A DNA stretch of 64,000 nucleotides from Monocercomonoides exilis PA203 (GCA_001643675.2 LSRY02000019.1:682001-746000); one strand, 5' to 3'; shown: positions 25,793 through 37,783, numbered from the stretch's first letter. The notes: generated by a model not told the origin, from the sequence alone. Translations and numbers: made by a program.

Positions 25793-27364
25793 ATGAGCAA
25801 AATAGAGACTGTGGATGAAAGCCTTTTGAAAAGGCTCCAGACTTCATATGAAAAATGTCCCTGATTCTTCTCTTGTTCGATTTTTCAAAATTCTAAAATG
25901 AACTGCTGTTACTTAGGCATGAAAGTGCAATCAATGCAAAATTTAGCTGATTTTCTTGAGTTGTTTTCTGAGACTGTTTTTCTAAAAAAATATTCAAATG
26001 AAATTGTTTGCGCATTTTCGAAATTTTTGTACCAATTATTTGAATGTTAAAGATTTCACCTATTATTCACATGTTTTCAGATGTGTGTAAGCAAATAATG
26101 GAAGGCACCATTTGTTCTCCAATGATTCCACTTATTTTTCTTTTTTCGTCTTTTCTGCAGGTATGATATAACTTTGTTTTTTATTTCGTGTTTTGTTAGT
26201 CATTAAATCACTTAGTGTTCAAATTCAGACATTTCTTCATCGGCTCAATCTTTGCTTCTTAATCTATTTGACCGTTTTCCTGATTTATTGAGTGTTTTTA
26301 TGTGCACAACTGAATATCAACTTTCAATATCTCTTGAAAAGCACCACCCCAACATAAATCATTCATTTTATGATTTCTGTCAACGAGTCAAAGATCTTGC
26401 ACAAGCAAATGGTACCGTTCAATCGTTGCCTTCTGAAAGAAAAGTTGTTTGCAAAGATATCAGCAATGAAAAAGAATTTGATTCATCAATATTGGATCAA
26501 AGTGCAACAGAATCTATTATTAGCATTCATTTTTGCTGTGCGACTGACGAACTTCGCTTGTCAATTGATCGAAGAAGAGTCGATGTTATGAAGTATGGAA
26601 TAATAACATTATTTTGCGATAAAGTCGTTGTGGATGGGATATGGAAGATTGAATTTGTGGTTAATGGCATAAGTAGTTGGTCGGTTATTGGTATCGCTGA
26701 AGAAGATAGCGAAATGGCTTCGCATGATGAGAAGAAGAAGAGTGATAAAGAATCTGAAAAGAAAATGAAAAGTTATCAAAATGAAGATGATGAAAATGAA
26801 AATGATGATATGGAAATTTCAAAAGAAAGTCGACTTTTAACGACACAGCGACAGAATGTGAATGAAGGAATGGGTCGCATTTCGAGAAGCGTTGGTTTTT
26901 CATCTCGTGGTTTCGTTATCAGAGAAAGAACATCAAAACAGGCAGACAAGAAGAAGAAAGACTGCTCGTTTTCACATTACGAGGAAGAAGAAGAGGAAGA
27001 GGAAGAAGAAGATGATGATGAAAGAGAAATTGAAATAAGAGGGAATGAAATGTGGAATATTGGTGATGTTATTTCTCTCGAGGTTTCGATGGACGAAAAA
27101 ATATGCTTGTTGTTTATCAATGGAAAGTTACAACCGTATTATGTCAAAAGCATTCCAGATAAAATTAGATTCGGGGTATGTGATCAGTTATCTTCTATTG
27201 ATGTTAATTTTCCGTTTTGTTTTTCATTTTTGTTATCTATTTATTGTTTCATTATTTAGATAACGCTTCTTCACAATGAGCAATCTTCCATGATTCAGTC
27301 GTTTCAGTCTTTGCCCAGTTTGACTTCTGCTTTGCCATCTGGCTCTGTGGCAGTTGATTTCTGA
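25793..27364 (+). CDS. Hypothetical protein with C-terminal SPRY/B30.2-like domain
   Basis: 'GIWKIEF......IGIA', 'GNEMWNIGDVISLEVSMDEKICLLFINGKLQP...IPDKIRFG'. Several short 5' exons; the last exon ends at TGA 27362-27364. Confidence 0.65.
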
Positions 27365-27544
27365 ATCAAAATATAACGGCAATTTTTCGGATTTTTTTTT
27401 CCTCATTTGTTTTTCCAATAGTTCTTATTAACAAACAGAAATGCCATAATTTGCTGTATTTTGTCTTCAGAATATTTTTATTTACCCAATAAAAAAAAAG
27501 AAGCGAACTTTGAGAATAAAAAAAGAATTCTAAGTCTTCACATT

Positions 27545-28790
27545 TCACCTTGTCAATGCTCTGCGCTTGGCTTGGAATTGTGGGGCCTTCAGATTAATGC
27601 GCGTTGTCTTTGACTGCGTCACAATAGAAGTTGCAGGCCCGTCGTCGTATGTAGATCCATCGTCTGTTTCGCCCACTAAGATAACTTTTGGCTCTGAAGC
27701 TCTGCCATAACTTTGAGAAGTTGGAGGAGTTGAAGATAAAATAGTCACAGGAGGGTATTGTGGCTGGTATGATTGCGACAGAGAAGGAGAAGGATATGCA
27801 GCTTCATATCCAGATAGACGCGGATCTTGAGATGAATAAGGATACGACGAAGGATACTGGGAAGATGGTGGAGGCAGCGGTTGTGAAGGGGTTTGTGATG
27901 TTGAAGGGAGAATGCTGATTGTATGAGAAGGAGTTTGAATGGTAGTTCCAGAAGAAGATGAAGGGGTAGATATAATTGTTGGTGAAGGTGGTGGTGCAAC
28001 CGGAGATTGCTGTGAACGCCAGTCAGGTGCTTGCCCATATGAAGAATAAGGCGATGTTGGACATTGTTGATAAGGTGATGAGGGTTGAGATGGTGCTGTG
28101 CTGATTACAATTCTTGTGGTTCCGGGTTGAGGAGCAGAAGAATAAGGATAATAATCATAGGGAGAAATATCATAGTACGGGTCTTCAAATTCCTCGTTGG
28201 GATCAAACCATTGAGAGGGAACAGAATAACCTCTTACTCTTTTTTTTTAATATAAATATTAATAAAAAAATATATCAATAAAATAATTTTAAATACAAAC
28301 CCTCCGTAATATTCTGGAACTCTCTTAGCTTGGTATCTGTTTATAATTTAAATATATTCAAATATTCACAAACAATAAATAAAGTGCAAAACTGATCAAA
28401 TCCTCTTGGAACGTGAACATTTCTTGCGAATGCATCGCTATATCCAATATCAGGACCATCATAGCATTCGGTCCCTCGTCTCACTGCATAACTAATGGGT
28501 TTCGTTTTTAGAAAATGTGCGTTAAAAAGTCAAAATATCAAATGTTTGATTTCAAACCAAAGCCCTGTGCAATCTGCTTCTAAATGTGGCACACAGTCTC
28601 CACATATATATTCTCTCCGAAGCATGGAAACAGGAGGCTCGCCAAAGTCAGAGCATCCATCAAAGCAAGATGTCTCAACTTGATTGATGTTTGGTGAATT
28701 GCATCCCGCGCATGAAATGATAATTTCACATTCTAATGAGAAAAATAAGCAAATGTTTGCCAGTAATCGCAAAAACATCCATCGTTTCAT
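27545..28790 (-). CDS. Putative secreted protein: Cys-rich N-terminus followed by Pro/Ser/Tyr/Gln-rich region
   Basis: Signal-peptide-like 'MKRWMFLRLLANICLFFSLEC', a Cys-spaced domain, short exons, and a long last exon 'PYDYYPYSSAPQP...SQYPSSYPYSSQ...RRALTR*'. Confidence 0.55.
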
Positions 28791-29212
28791 GTTTCATTCG
28801 TTTTCATTGCGATGATTCGAACTGTAGAAATGGAAATAGTTGAGGGAAAGATCAATTATTTAATTGATAGAAATGCTTAATTCATCAAAATGATAAAAAC
28901 AATAAAATTATCTGATGGAAAAACACAAAAAATGTTCTCAATGTTGACTGAAAAAGTAAAAAGAAAATTACCTATTATCATTTGTTTTAAAATTTCCATG
29001 TATTTCGCAGATAAAGATTTATAAACTAATAGTAGCGAAAACACACTTTCAGAAACGAATCAAAACATATAATAATTTTTAATATGGTACAAAAGAGTAC
29101 AAAAATATCCATAAAAGGAAACAACATTTTTAAAAAATTGAAAATTTTTGTAAAAAAGCTAAACCAAAATAAACAGTTATTGAAATTCCACCAAAAAAAA
29201 ATTAAAAAATTT

Positions 29213-32138
29213 TCACTTTCTTGCTTTTCTGATCAATTCATCCATTTCTTGAATCTCCTCATCAATCAGTTGAATCCAAACACCCGCGTGCGCTCTCACA
29301 ACCTGTTTTCCTTCTTCGCTCATTTTCCTCCATTCCGCTTGCATCTCCATCACCTCGTTCTCATTGAAAGTTTCTTTCTCATCCAACAAAAATTCATTTC
29401 TTCGCATTTCTTTCTTCATTTTTCCTTCTCTTTCTCCTTCTCCTTCTTCTTTTCTCCCTCCGCCAAACTCCCTCCTACTCCCCATCACCCTCTCCAGCTG
29501 CTCCTTTATTGCCCTCTTATTCTCCTCCAACCTCTCACAATATTCTTCTTCACTCATCCCCTTCATCTCGATCACCCCTTCCACTGCATTCTTCCTCCCT
29601 TCGCTCACATCTCTTCGTGTCTGCAGTAGAGCTAGTTGTGCTTGTGGTGACACAGCCATCACCCCTCCTTCTTCCTTCTGCCGATTCAACAGCAAATTCA
29701 GCAGCTTCGCAGAACTTGTGTTGTATTTAACCCTTCCCTTTGTTTCTTTCTCTCTTTGTTCTTTATTCCCCTTTCTTTCGTTTCTTTCTCTTGTTTTTTG
29801 CTTCCTCTCCTCTTTCTCCTTCAGCCGTTTGTATTGTTTATACACAATCCGCAGCTTGTTAGAGCACCAGCGCGATTCGTAGCAAAGAGCAGTGTAAGCA
29901 GACAGCAAAGTGACGGGAAGGAACAAATCGAGGCGGAAGATGATGGATGCCTGCTCCAGAAGATAGAGAGAGGAAGGAGGGAAAGAAATAGGGGAATCTG
30001 TGGTGGTGTTGGGAATGGAAGGAGAAGGGTGAAAAGGAACGGATTGGATATGTAAGCTGCCTGAAGGAGAATAAGAGGAAGGAGAAGAAGGAGAAGAGGA
30101 TGAGGATGAAGGTGAAGGTGAAGGTGAAGATTGTGGTTGTGATTGTGTTGATGACGTTGTGGAAGAAGGAGAAGAGGAAGAGGTGAAAGAAGAGGAAGAA
30201 GAAGAAGCAGATGAGGAAGATGATGGTTTATTTGGAGAATTAAATCCACCTTCTTCTTTATTATATTCATCGCAATTGCAATTGCTGCTTTCATCATCGT
30301 CTTCCTCTTCCTCTTCCTCCTCCTCCTCTTCTTCTTCTTCTTCTTCTTCTTCTTCTTCTTTCTCCTCTTCTTCCTCCAATGAATCCTGCTCCTCATTCCC
30401 ACCCTCCCTTCTCTTCTCCTCTTTCTTCATCTCCTCTTCCCACTCCCTCAGCAGCTCTTCATCGGCATCTCTTTCGCTCTTCTCCTCTTTCGCCATTTCG
30501 TCCTGAAGCTGCTGAACAAACTGGCTCATACTGTCTCCATTGCTGCTACTGCTGCTGCTGCTGGTAGTATTAGTAGTAGTAGTAGTTGTTGTTGTGTTCC
30601 TAACCTCAGCTTCTGATGCCCCTCTTTCTCTTTTCTTCTGTTTGCTTTGGTTTCTCCGCAGCTCTCTTTCTTTTTCTCTTTTTGCTTTTCGCATTTCTCT
30701 TTCTCTTTCTCTCTCCTTCTGCCTTTCTTCTCTTTCTTTCTCTCTTTTCTCTCGACGTGCTTTTGCACGAGGATTCAATTTTTCAGTTTCTTTTTCTTCT
30801 TTTTCTTCGTCTTCATCTTCGTCTTTTTCTTCCTCTTCCTCTTCTTCCTCTTCTTTTTTATCTTCTTCTTCTCTCATTTCATTAGCATCTACTTCATTTG
30901 ATGAAGGCAGCCCAGCATTCTGCTTGTTACTCTCAACAGCACCCAATTTCCTCTTCTCGCTTTCTGCTGCGTGTTCCGTTGCTTTGTCATTCAATCCTTT
31001 TCTTTCTTCTTCGGCCTTCTTCTTCTCATCTTGTTCCATTCTTCTTCTTCTTCGTCTTCTTCGTCTTTCTCTCTCTCTTATCTCTTCTTGGCGTTCTTTT
31101 TCAAGATCGTCTTCGAAAAGCGACAGCCCTTCTTCGTCTGTCTTCGCACTGTTCAGCGAATTCGACAGCTCAATCAGCGCTTCAAATTCCCCGTTGCGCC
31201 GCAAAAACACATCAACTGCACAAAACTGCTCCTCTTTGCGCTCAGAAGAGGCACCTTCCTTGTGACTTGTCGAATTCTGCGGTTCACTTGCACAGCCAGG
31301 CTTATTTAAATAACCCTTAATCCTGACCCCTTCCTTCAAAAGTATGTATCGAGCTCTCTGAAGTGACGCGTTGGAAAGAGAGTCTGATCGGCTTTCCAAA
31401 AGAAGTTTGCATAGCTGAGACGCTGTCCGATAACAGAGGAACAACAAAGGAGGGGCAGTGGAATTAGTGCTTGACAAATGAAAGTTTGATAAGATTGAAA
31501 CTGAATAATCGTCATCAAAAAGTGATGGAGCAATACAAATGAGATTTGACTGAAAGGTTGGATCGCAAAGATAGTCGGAAGAGAAAAAACTACGTTGCTC
31601 TATGTGTGGCTGCGATGCAATATTCACTGTTTTATTTATTTTTTCGTTGCTTTGATTCTTGTTTTTAAAGTCGTTTTCATTTTTTTGTTGAATGTTTTCT
31701 GAACTTTGTGTTAATATTTGAGGAGCAATTTCTGGAATGGTATGATCGCAAATGTCAAAAGGAGTTTGCTGAAATAGTAAATCTTCATCTACATTCCTTT
31801 GTGATATCTGTACTAAAGCAGCATTCTGAAAATGAGACTTGGCTATGAATGAAAAACAAGTACTTTTTCGGAATGCAACAATTCAAAAAATACCAACCTC
31901 GTATAATTTTTTTTGCCACTTCCTTGACTTTTCCTTTTGGTATTTTTATTTTATTTTCAAGAAGCTTTTCTAATAATTTATTATCCTCATTTTTCAAGAA
32001 ATGAGTGTAAAGCAGTTCGGGATCAGTAAAAAGCCTTGTTAAAAGTAAAAGCGATTCTTCAGAAAGCTGATCGATTGAAAAATTAAGATGATAATTTGGA
32101 AAAATAGGATTTAGATGCAAATTGGTACTTTTCTTCAT
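29213..32138 (-). CDS. Hypothetical protein with charged coiled-coil and poly-Glu/poly-Ser tracts (possibly the 3' part of the 32217-33691 gene)
   Basis: 804-aa ORF 29213-31627 continues upstream and links through an intron to ORF 31785-32138. No recognisable domain. Confidence 0.6.
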
Positions 32139-32216
32139 TTGATCTCTAGTCCATTTTTAATTTATGAAAAATCGAAAAATGTCAAAAAAAAATTGATATT
32201 CACAACAAATATGAAT

Positions 32217-33691
32217 TTATTGTTTGCGCGACAACCATTCAACGTATTTCCAAACGCTATATTCATCTATTTCTTCGGGCTTGTGCTTCAAAATAACATG
32301 TTGCAATGAAAGAGGATCAAGGTTGCTTTCATCATCTGAATCTTCAGATTCTTCATCTTGTGAAGAATGTGATATGATTGATTTTTCTTTCATTTGCGTT
32401 GAATTTTCTTGATGCAGAAGTTTGTCAGCTTCTTGCCTTAAAACAGAAACCAATTCATGCTGAAGTTCAATTGAATTAATGATAAGTTCAGTTGTTATTT
32501 CTTCTGAAGGAGTGAATGTTTCTTCAATAGATGACGATGACGATGGTGACGGCAACGACGATGAGGAAGGTGATAATGATGATTCACTTGTTTCAATTTC
32601 AGTTGATGGTTTTGAGGAAATTTGATTTCGAAAAACTTTTTTCTGCATCAGCATATTAAGAGCAGTTGGAGTGAAAATAAAGCCAAAATGTTCATTTAAT
32701 GAAAGATGTCGTGATGAAGAAGATTCAACTTCAAATTTTACATCTGGGAAAATGGTCGGAAACCGATTGTGCAACAGATCACATAAAATGCATGACTAAT
32801 AAATAAAATAATGTTAATGAAAATATCATTTTTAAAGAAAAGCAAACTCGCGAATGAAGGATTACTTCAATTGATTGTTTTTCGTCCTTTTGATTTGCTT
32901 CAAGTTCTTCTTTGTTTGTGGTTTCTTTTAAAGTGCTTTTTAATGATGCTTTGGGAATAATAAATTCATCTTTAAAAGGGGGAATTGTAGATTCAAGTGA
33001 AGATATAAAATCATAAAAATCAGAAAGTGGTATTTTTGATGGTGGTGGTGTTTTTGGCGATCTAGAGCCTGACGAGCTAAAGCCAAACAATTCTGCAAAA
33101 TCAGATTTTTCATTCTGTTGAAGTGCTAATCCAGCTGCATTGAGGATTTTTTCCATTTCAGCAATATACGGAGCTGCAATTGTAGATTTCGACACTTCTT
33201 TTGTGACTCCCTTCAAAGAAGGAATTGAAACAGTTTCCCATTCAATAAGAGGAATTTGAAATAGTGAAGCAATTCTATTCTTATTCAAAGTACGTAAAAA
33301 TCCTCCTGTCCATTTTTCTCCTGACAAATGAGCACTAATGATCCCCGTGAAAATAATGTCTTCAATTGATTTTTCTAATCATTGATTAAAATTCTTTTAT
33401 TAAATATTGATTTTGAAATTTAAATCACACTCGTTAATAACTCGACGTTTCTTATTTCTAACGAGTAAAAATGAAGAAGAGAAAAGACTGATATTATGTT
33501 CTGCAAAATAAAATTCTATTTCAATGTTTAAAAATTCAAAATATTCAAACAATTTCATCACCCTCTTTTTCGAAATTGAGAGGAAAGTGTGCGCGTGTAT
33601 TCAAAAAAAATAGTCGCTTCCAGTAAATATTTGAAATAAGAGGAGACAGTGAGAATTTTGAGCTCTCTAATTCATTGATATCATTTGACAT
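32217..33691 (-). CDS. Hypothetical protein, possibly a divergent queuosine-salvage (DUF2419/QNG1)-like fold
   Basis: Exons start 'MSNDINELESSKFSLSPLISNIYWKRLFFLNTRAHF' (ATG 33691), then ORFs 32779-33327 and 32217-32774. Weak motif resemblance only (see findings). Confidence 0.5.
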
Positions 33692-33995
33692 TGTCAGATG
33701 AATAATAACAATTATTTATTTTGGGTTAGTCTTCTTAATTTATATTCAGTTTTCACAAATCAATTTGTGTGTGTGTGTGTTTGTGTTAACAATAAATTAC
33801 TTGAAAACATAAAAAAAAAGAAAAAGAGAAATGGAAAAAAGAAAATATTGAAAGATTATTCACTGTGTAAAACATATTTATTTATTATGAATCATCTCCA
33901 TCACGAAATTTAACGCTTATCTCACATGAATAAAAAATACCAAGTGCAATGTGTGATGCATTTGTTGCTTCAACAGAGATGTTTCAGTTAAGTAT

Positions 33996-34409
33996 TCATT
34001 TCATTATTGTTGCAACAATATTTCTACGTCCTCCAGATTTCCTAAATTCACACAGGCATATCTGTTGCCATGTACCGAGATTTAGATGTCTATTTGTAAT
34101 TGGAATCATGACGCTTGGTCCAACAATTGTTGACTTTGCGTGAGCAGGCATATCATCGTCTCCTTCTGCAGTATGCCGATAATATGATTCTCTTTCTCTA
34201 ATAATATTATTAAAAATAGATTCTAAGTCTTCTCTAACTTCAGGAACCCCGCTTTCATTGATTGTTAAAGCAGCAGATGTATGCTTTATAAATAAATGAA
34301 GTATTCCAACTTCCGGAAGAGGTGGAAGTTTGCTTTCAATTTCATCTGTCACTAAATGAAATCCTTTTGATTTAGGTGCTAGTGAAAACTCAACTTGTGC
34401 AAATGACAT
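33996..34409 (-). CDS. yjbQ: YjbQ / UPF0047 family protein (secondary thiamine-phosphate synthase-like), intronless, bacterial-type
   Basis: 'GFHLVTDEI...LHLFIKHTSAALTINE', 'HTAEGDDDMPAHAKS', 'LGTWQQI.LCEFR..GGRR.IVATI' are UPF0047 signatures; 137 aa, single exon. Confidence 0.92.
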   Translation of the reverse strand: MSFAQVEFSLAPKSKGFHLVTDEIESKLPPLPEVGILHLFIKHTSAALTINESGVPEVREDLESIFNNIIRERESYYRHTAEGDDDMPAHAKSTIVGPSVMIPITNRHLNLGTWQQICLCEFRKSGGRRNIVATIMK

Positions 34410-34896
34410 TGAAGAAAGACAAAAAGAATATTCTGGAGAAGCAATAAAGAAGATATAAATGGGACATCAAGAAATGTTGCTCACAATAAATTTTTTCTTT
34501 CAAATGTATCGTAAATTCAAGTGAATAATGTTCATAAGAAAAGAATTATTAATTTTCAACCAAATAAAAAGAGAATAGCCAAGACATTTTGTTATGGAAA
34601 AGAAAAATTATTTTTGTTTATATTTAAAAATGAAAAGATTAAAAATAAATGCGATATAAAATAAATAAATTTCAAAATATAATTTCTATGTCTATTTTAA
34701 AAAGTCTTGATGATATGAAGGCGTTGTTTTGCGAAAAAACGGGAAAAAACAAATAAATCAAAAAAATCAAATAAAAACGTACAGTGCTGGAATAATTTCA
34801 ACTTCTCGAAATTTCAAATAAACGTTCAAAAACCAGCAATAAAACATCAAATTTGTAAAAAAATGTATGTTAGCAAATACATAACAACGAGTATAT

Positions 34897-35594
34897 TTAC
34901 GATGCCATCTTGAAGTTAACATCGAGATTTGTAAGGAGGGCAAACACGAAAGCAGCCGATGTCATAATAAATCCAACAAGTGTGTACGTAATCCAACGCC
35001 ATCCAGAAGCCATCCAGAATCTGGACATATTTGGTTCAGTGGAGCATGTTCCTCCCAAAAATGCAATCCATTGGCACACAAGATGTGCAGCAATAAAGAT
35101 CAGATAAAGAAGTGCGAATATCATTTTTTTCAATGGCAATAAGGCAAGTATGCAACCAACAATTCCAACAATTGAAACTATCATCATCATAACATTGGAC
35201 CAATCAACTTTATAATCAATAAGATCTGCTATTTTTTTATTAATGCATTTGTCGCCAACGTAGAAGAAATTTCCCAAATACATGACAAATACGCACACGT
35301 ACATGGCTAAATGGAAAATTGTAAACCACACTCTCACTAAATTTTAAAAAAGAAAATAAATTGTTTGTACATGCATCGGAATTAACAAATAAGCATACAA
35401 GGCAGTAAAATTTTCTTTCCCTTGCAAAACAGATTTATTACAGCGACCGCGATGCAAAGGCATTGGCAAACAAGAGCAATGACAGCAAAGGCAATAACAA
35501 GATTTGTTACGGATTTGCATCCTTCTGGAAGATAATCTCTCCACAATTGGTCATAAGGATCTTTTGTCTTTGCAGCTAAAAGGAATGATTCCAT
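34897..35594 (-). CDS. Hypothetical multi-pass membrane protein
   Basis: Two exons (ORFs 35382-35639 and 34897-35337) with about 5 hydrophobic helices. Confidence 0.6.
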
Positions 35595-35824
35595 TTGATC
35601 TTTCCGAAAAATATATATCCCAAATTTTGTAAAACACATTTTTCTTTTTCGAAAATTGTTATGGTAATTTTAATAAATGTATTCAAAGAATTTTTCTTTA
35701 TTATTATGAAAAAATACTATTGATTCTTTCTTTGTTATTATTCGATTGATTTTGTGTTATAAATATTCCAAATGATTGATATTTGATTGAAATTAAATAT
35801 TCATCTATAATTTTCTTAAAAAAT

Positions 35825-36456
35825 ACACCAAAAATAATTCAAAGTCGAAAAAGTTGCAAACGAAATCGAAAATTTTTCAACCGAAATCGAAAATTTCACA
35901 AAAGATAATCGTTAAATAAAAAGTATTCCACAAAAGAAAAATGATACTCTTTTGTTTTCGGAAATATTATCTGCGATGTTTGTGTTGCTGATTTCTGCAA
36001 ATTTTGTAGATTTCGAACCAAAATAAACTCAGTTGTAAACAATAAACAAAAGCTATAACATTTGTTGCCTTCCATTAGAAATGAGTTTTTTGATATAAAA
36101 AACGCGAAATAAGAGAGCCAATATTAAGTGCATCATTCTTCATTAATTGTGGAAAATTATTAATAGTTTTTTTTTGCAAATCTTTTGAAAAGCAGTGTTC
36201 TTTCAATTGAATAAAGATAAAAATATGTCAGAATTTCTCTCATATTTCTTATTTTTGTAATTAGACAAAAGGAAGAACAAAAATATAACGGAAAAGAGAT
36301 GAAAAATCATTATTATAAAAAATATCATTGATATTCCAACAATAATAATGTTTTTTTTGACTTTAGTTTTTTTTTGTCTTCTGTCTGAAAATTTGCAGTT
36401 TTTCGAACTTTCGACTTTGGTTGAAAGTTTTTCGATTTTTGAATAATTTTTGGTGT
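35825..36456. mobile_element. Degenerate MITE-like element with imperfect TIRs and subterminal repeats
   Basis: Left end 'acaccaaaaataattcaaagtcgaaaaagttgcaaacgaaatcgaaa' versus the reverse complement of the right end 'acaccaaaaattattcaaaaatcgaaaaactttcaaccaaagtcgaaa'; 'tcgaaa' units repeat at both ends. Confidence 0.6.
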
Positions 36457-36599
36457 TATTGATTCATGAACGAAAATAGTCACAACTTAGTCAAATATGT
36501 TGCATTTATTTTTTTTTTTTTGGTAGAATAAATTTATTATCAAAAATTATTTTTTTTCTTTGAGTCAATATTTTATCACGATTTTGACTATCAAACAAT

Positions 36600-37480
36600 G
36601 GAAACACTCCGTTTTGACATTTGTGTTATTATTGAGATTTTGAATTGATTCTCATTTTCAATTAAATATGACATAAGTTATAATTTTTGAATCCATATTT
36701 TTCCAGTCAAAATTTTCGGTTTGAAAATTCTCTTTGAATAATGATAAACGAACACAAAAAAATATTAACTACTTTAAAAGATTATTTGTTCACGAGTATT
36801 ATATCAAACATCTTCATTATTAACATTTATCTAACATTTTTCTATTGAATAAAAAATATACCTCCAAATAAATAAAAAAATCTCAGTATCTACACTCCGA
36901 AAAAAATTTTGATTACAAAAACTATCTCACTTGTCAAGAAATATTCTTTAGCTATGAAAAAACTTGCACATTGAAATGAAAATCTCATTAGGACACCAGC
37001 ATTGCTCCTGGAAACATAATATTGGATGAATGAATGATGAGTTGTTTGCTCAATATGTTAAAAAGATTTTGATATTAGGAATTGTTCATTGAAGACAATA
37101 ACTCACAAAGAACGAAAACAGATGCTTGACTCGTTGAGATTCACAGTGAAAAAAAGAACATCAAATTTTGTCTCAATAATTATCAGATGCATTTATTGAA
37201 GAAAACACTTTTATTCCCCAAATAACTCATTTTATTCATCAAAATGATTGTGGAATATTTAATGTTGAACAAAAATATTTTAATTCAAATTTTGTTGTTC
37301 CCTATTTTTCTTCAGTTTTGATATAGATGAAAAGTTGTTTCTGATGTCTTTCCACAGGCTTTTCTAGCTGTATTGCCTCCTTCTTCAATTCATTCTTCAT
37401 TAAAAAAAGTGGAGAATTATATTGAATGTAAATTCTGCTAAAGCTACGTTCCATAATGCATCCTCAGAAGAAATAATTCA
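36600..37480 (+). pseudogene. Decayed pogo/Tigger-like DDE_1 transposase
   Basis: Fragments in order: 'IPP', 'WM..MNDELFAQYVKKILI', 'FIPQITHFIHQNDCGIFN' (compare LPPnTTh.lQPLD.GiF) and 'AFLAVLPPSSIHSSLKK' (compare AW..v....I.nsFkk.G), with many stops and frameshifts. Confidence 0.6.
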
Positions 37481-37530
37481 AATTTTTATTGGATTTAACT
37501 TCTAAGCAAAAACTATCAATCAACATTAAT

Positions 37531-37783
37531 AGGTAAGTGGAGCAGATCCTGGAACCAAGGTGATCCTACCTACTATTTATATCATTTTCATATAGAAAAC
37601 CTCTTCTACGGTTAACTCTAACCCTAATTTTGCTCGGAAAAACCCTAAACCATCACATTATCCAACATGAACTTGTTTAATTAGTCAAAGCCCTAAAACC
37701 TAATAAGCACAACAAGAATTATAACAGAATATAAATAATTAAGGGAGTTGATCATGTGGTATCAGGATCTTCTCCATTTACCT
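37531..37783 (+). ncRNA. Structured fold-back unit containing telomere-template-like CTAACCCTAA (candidate telomerase RNA; alternatively a MITE)
   Basis: 37531-37557 pairs with 37757-37783 (23 Watson-Crick and 2 G-U pairs on the + strand, 2 mismatches). Pairing extends inward (tgatc/gatca; 37574-37582 with 37729-37737). CTAACCCTAA lies at 37618-37627. Confidence 0.35.
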
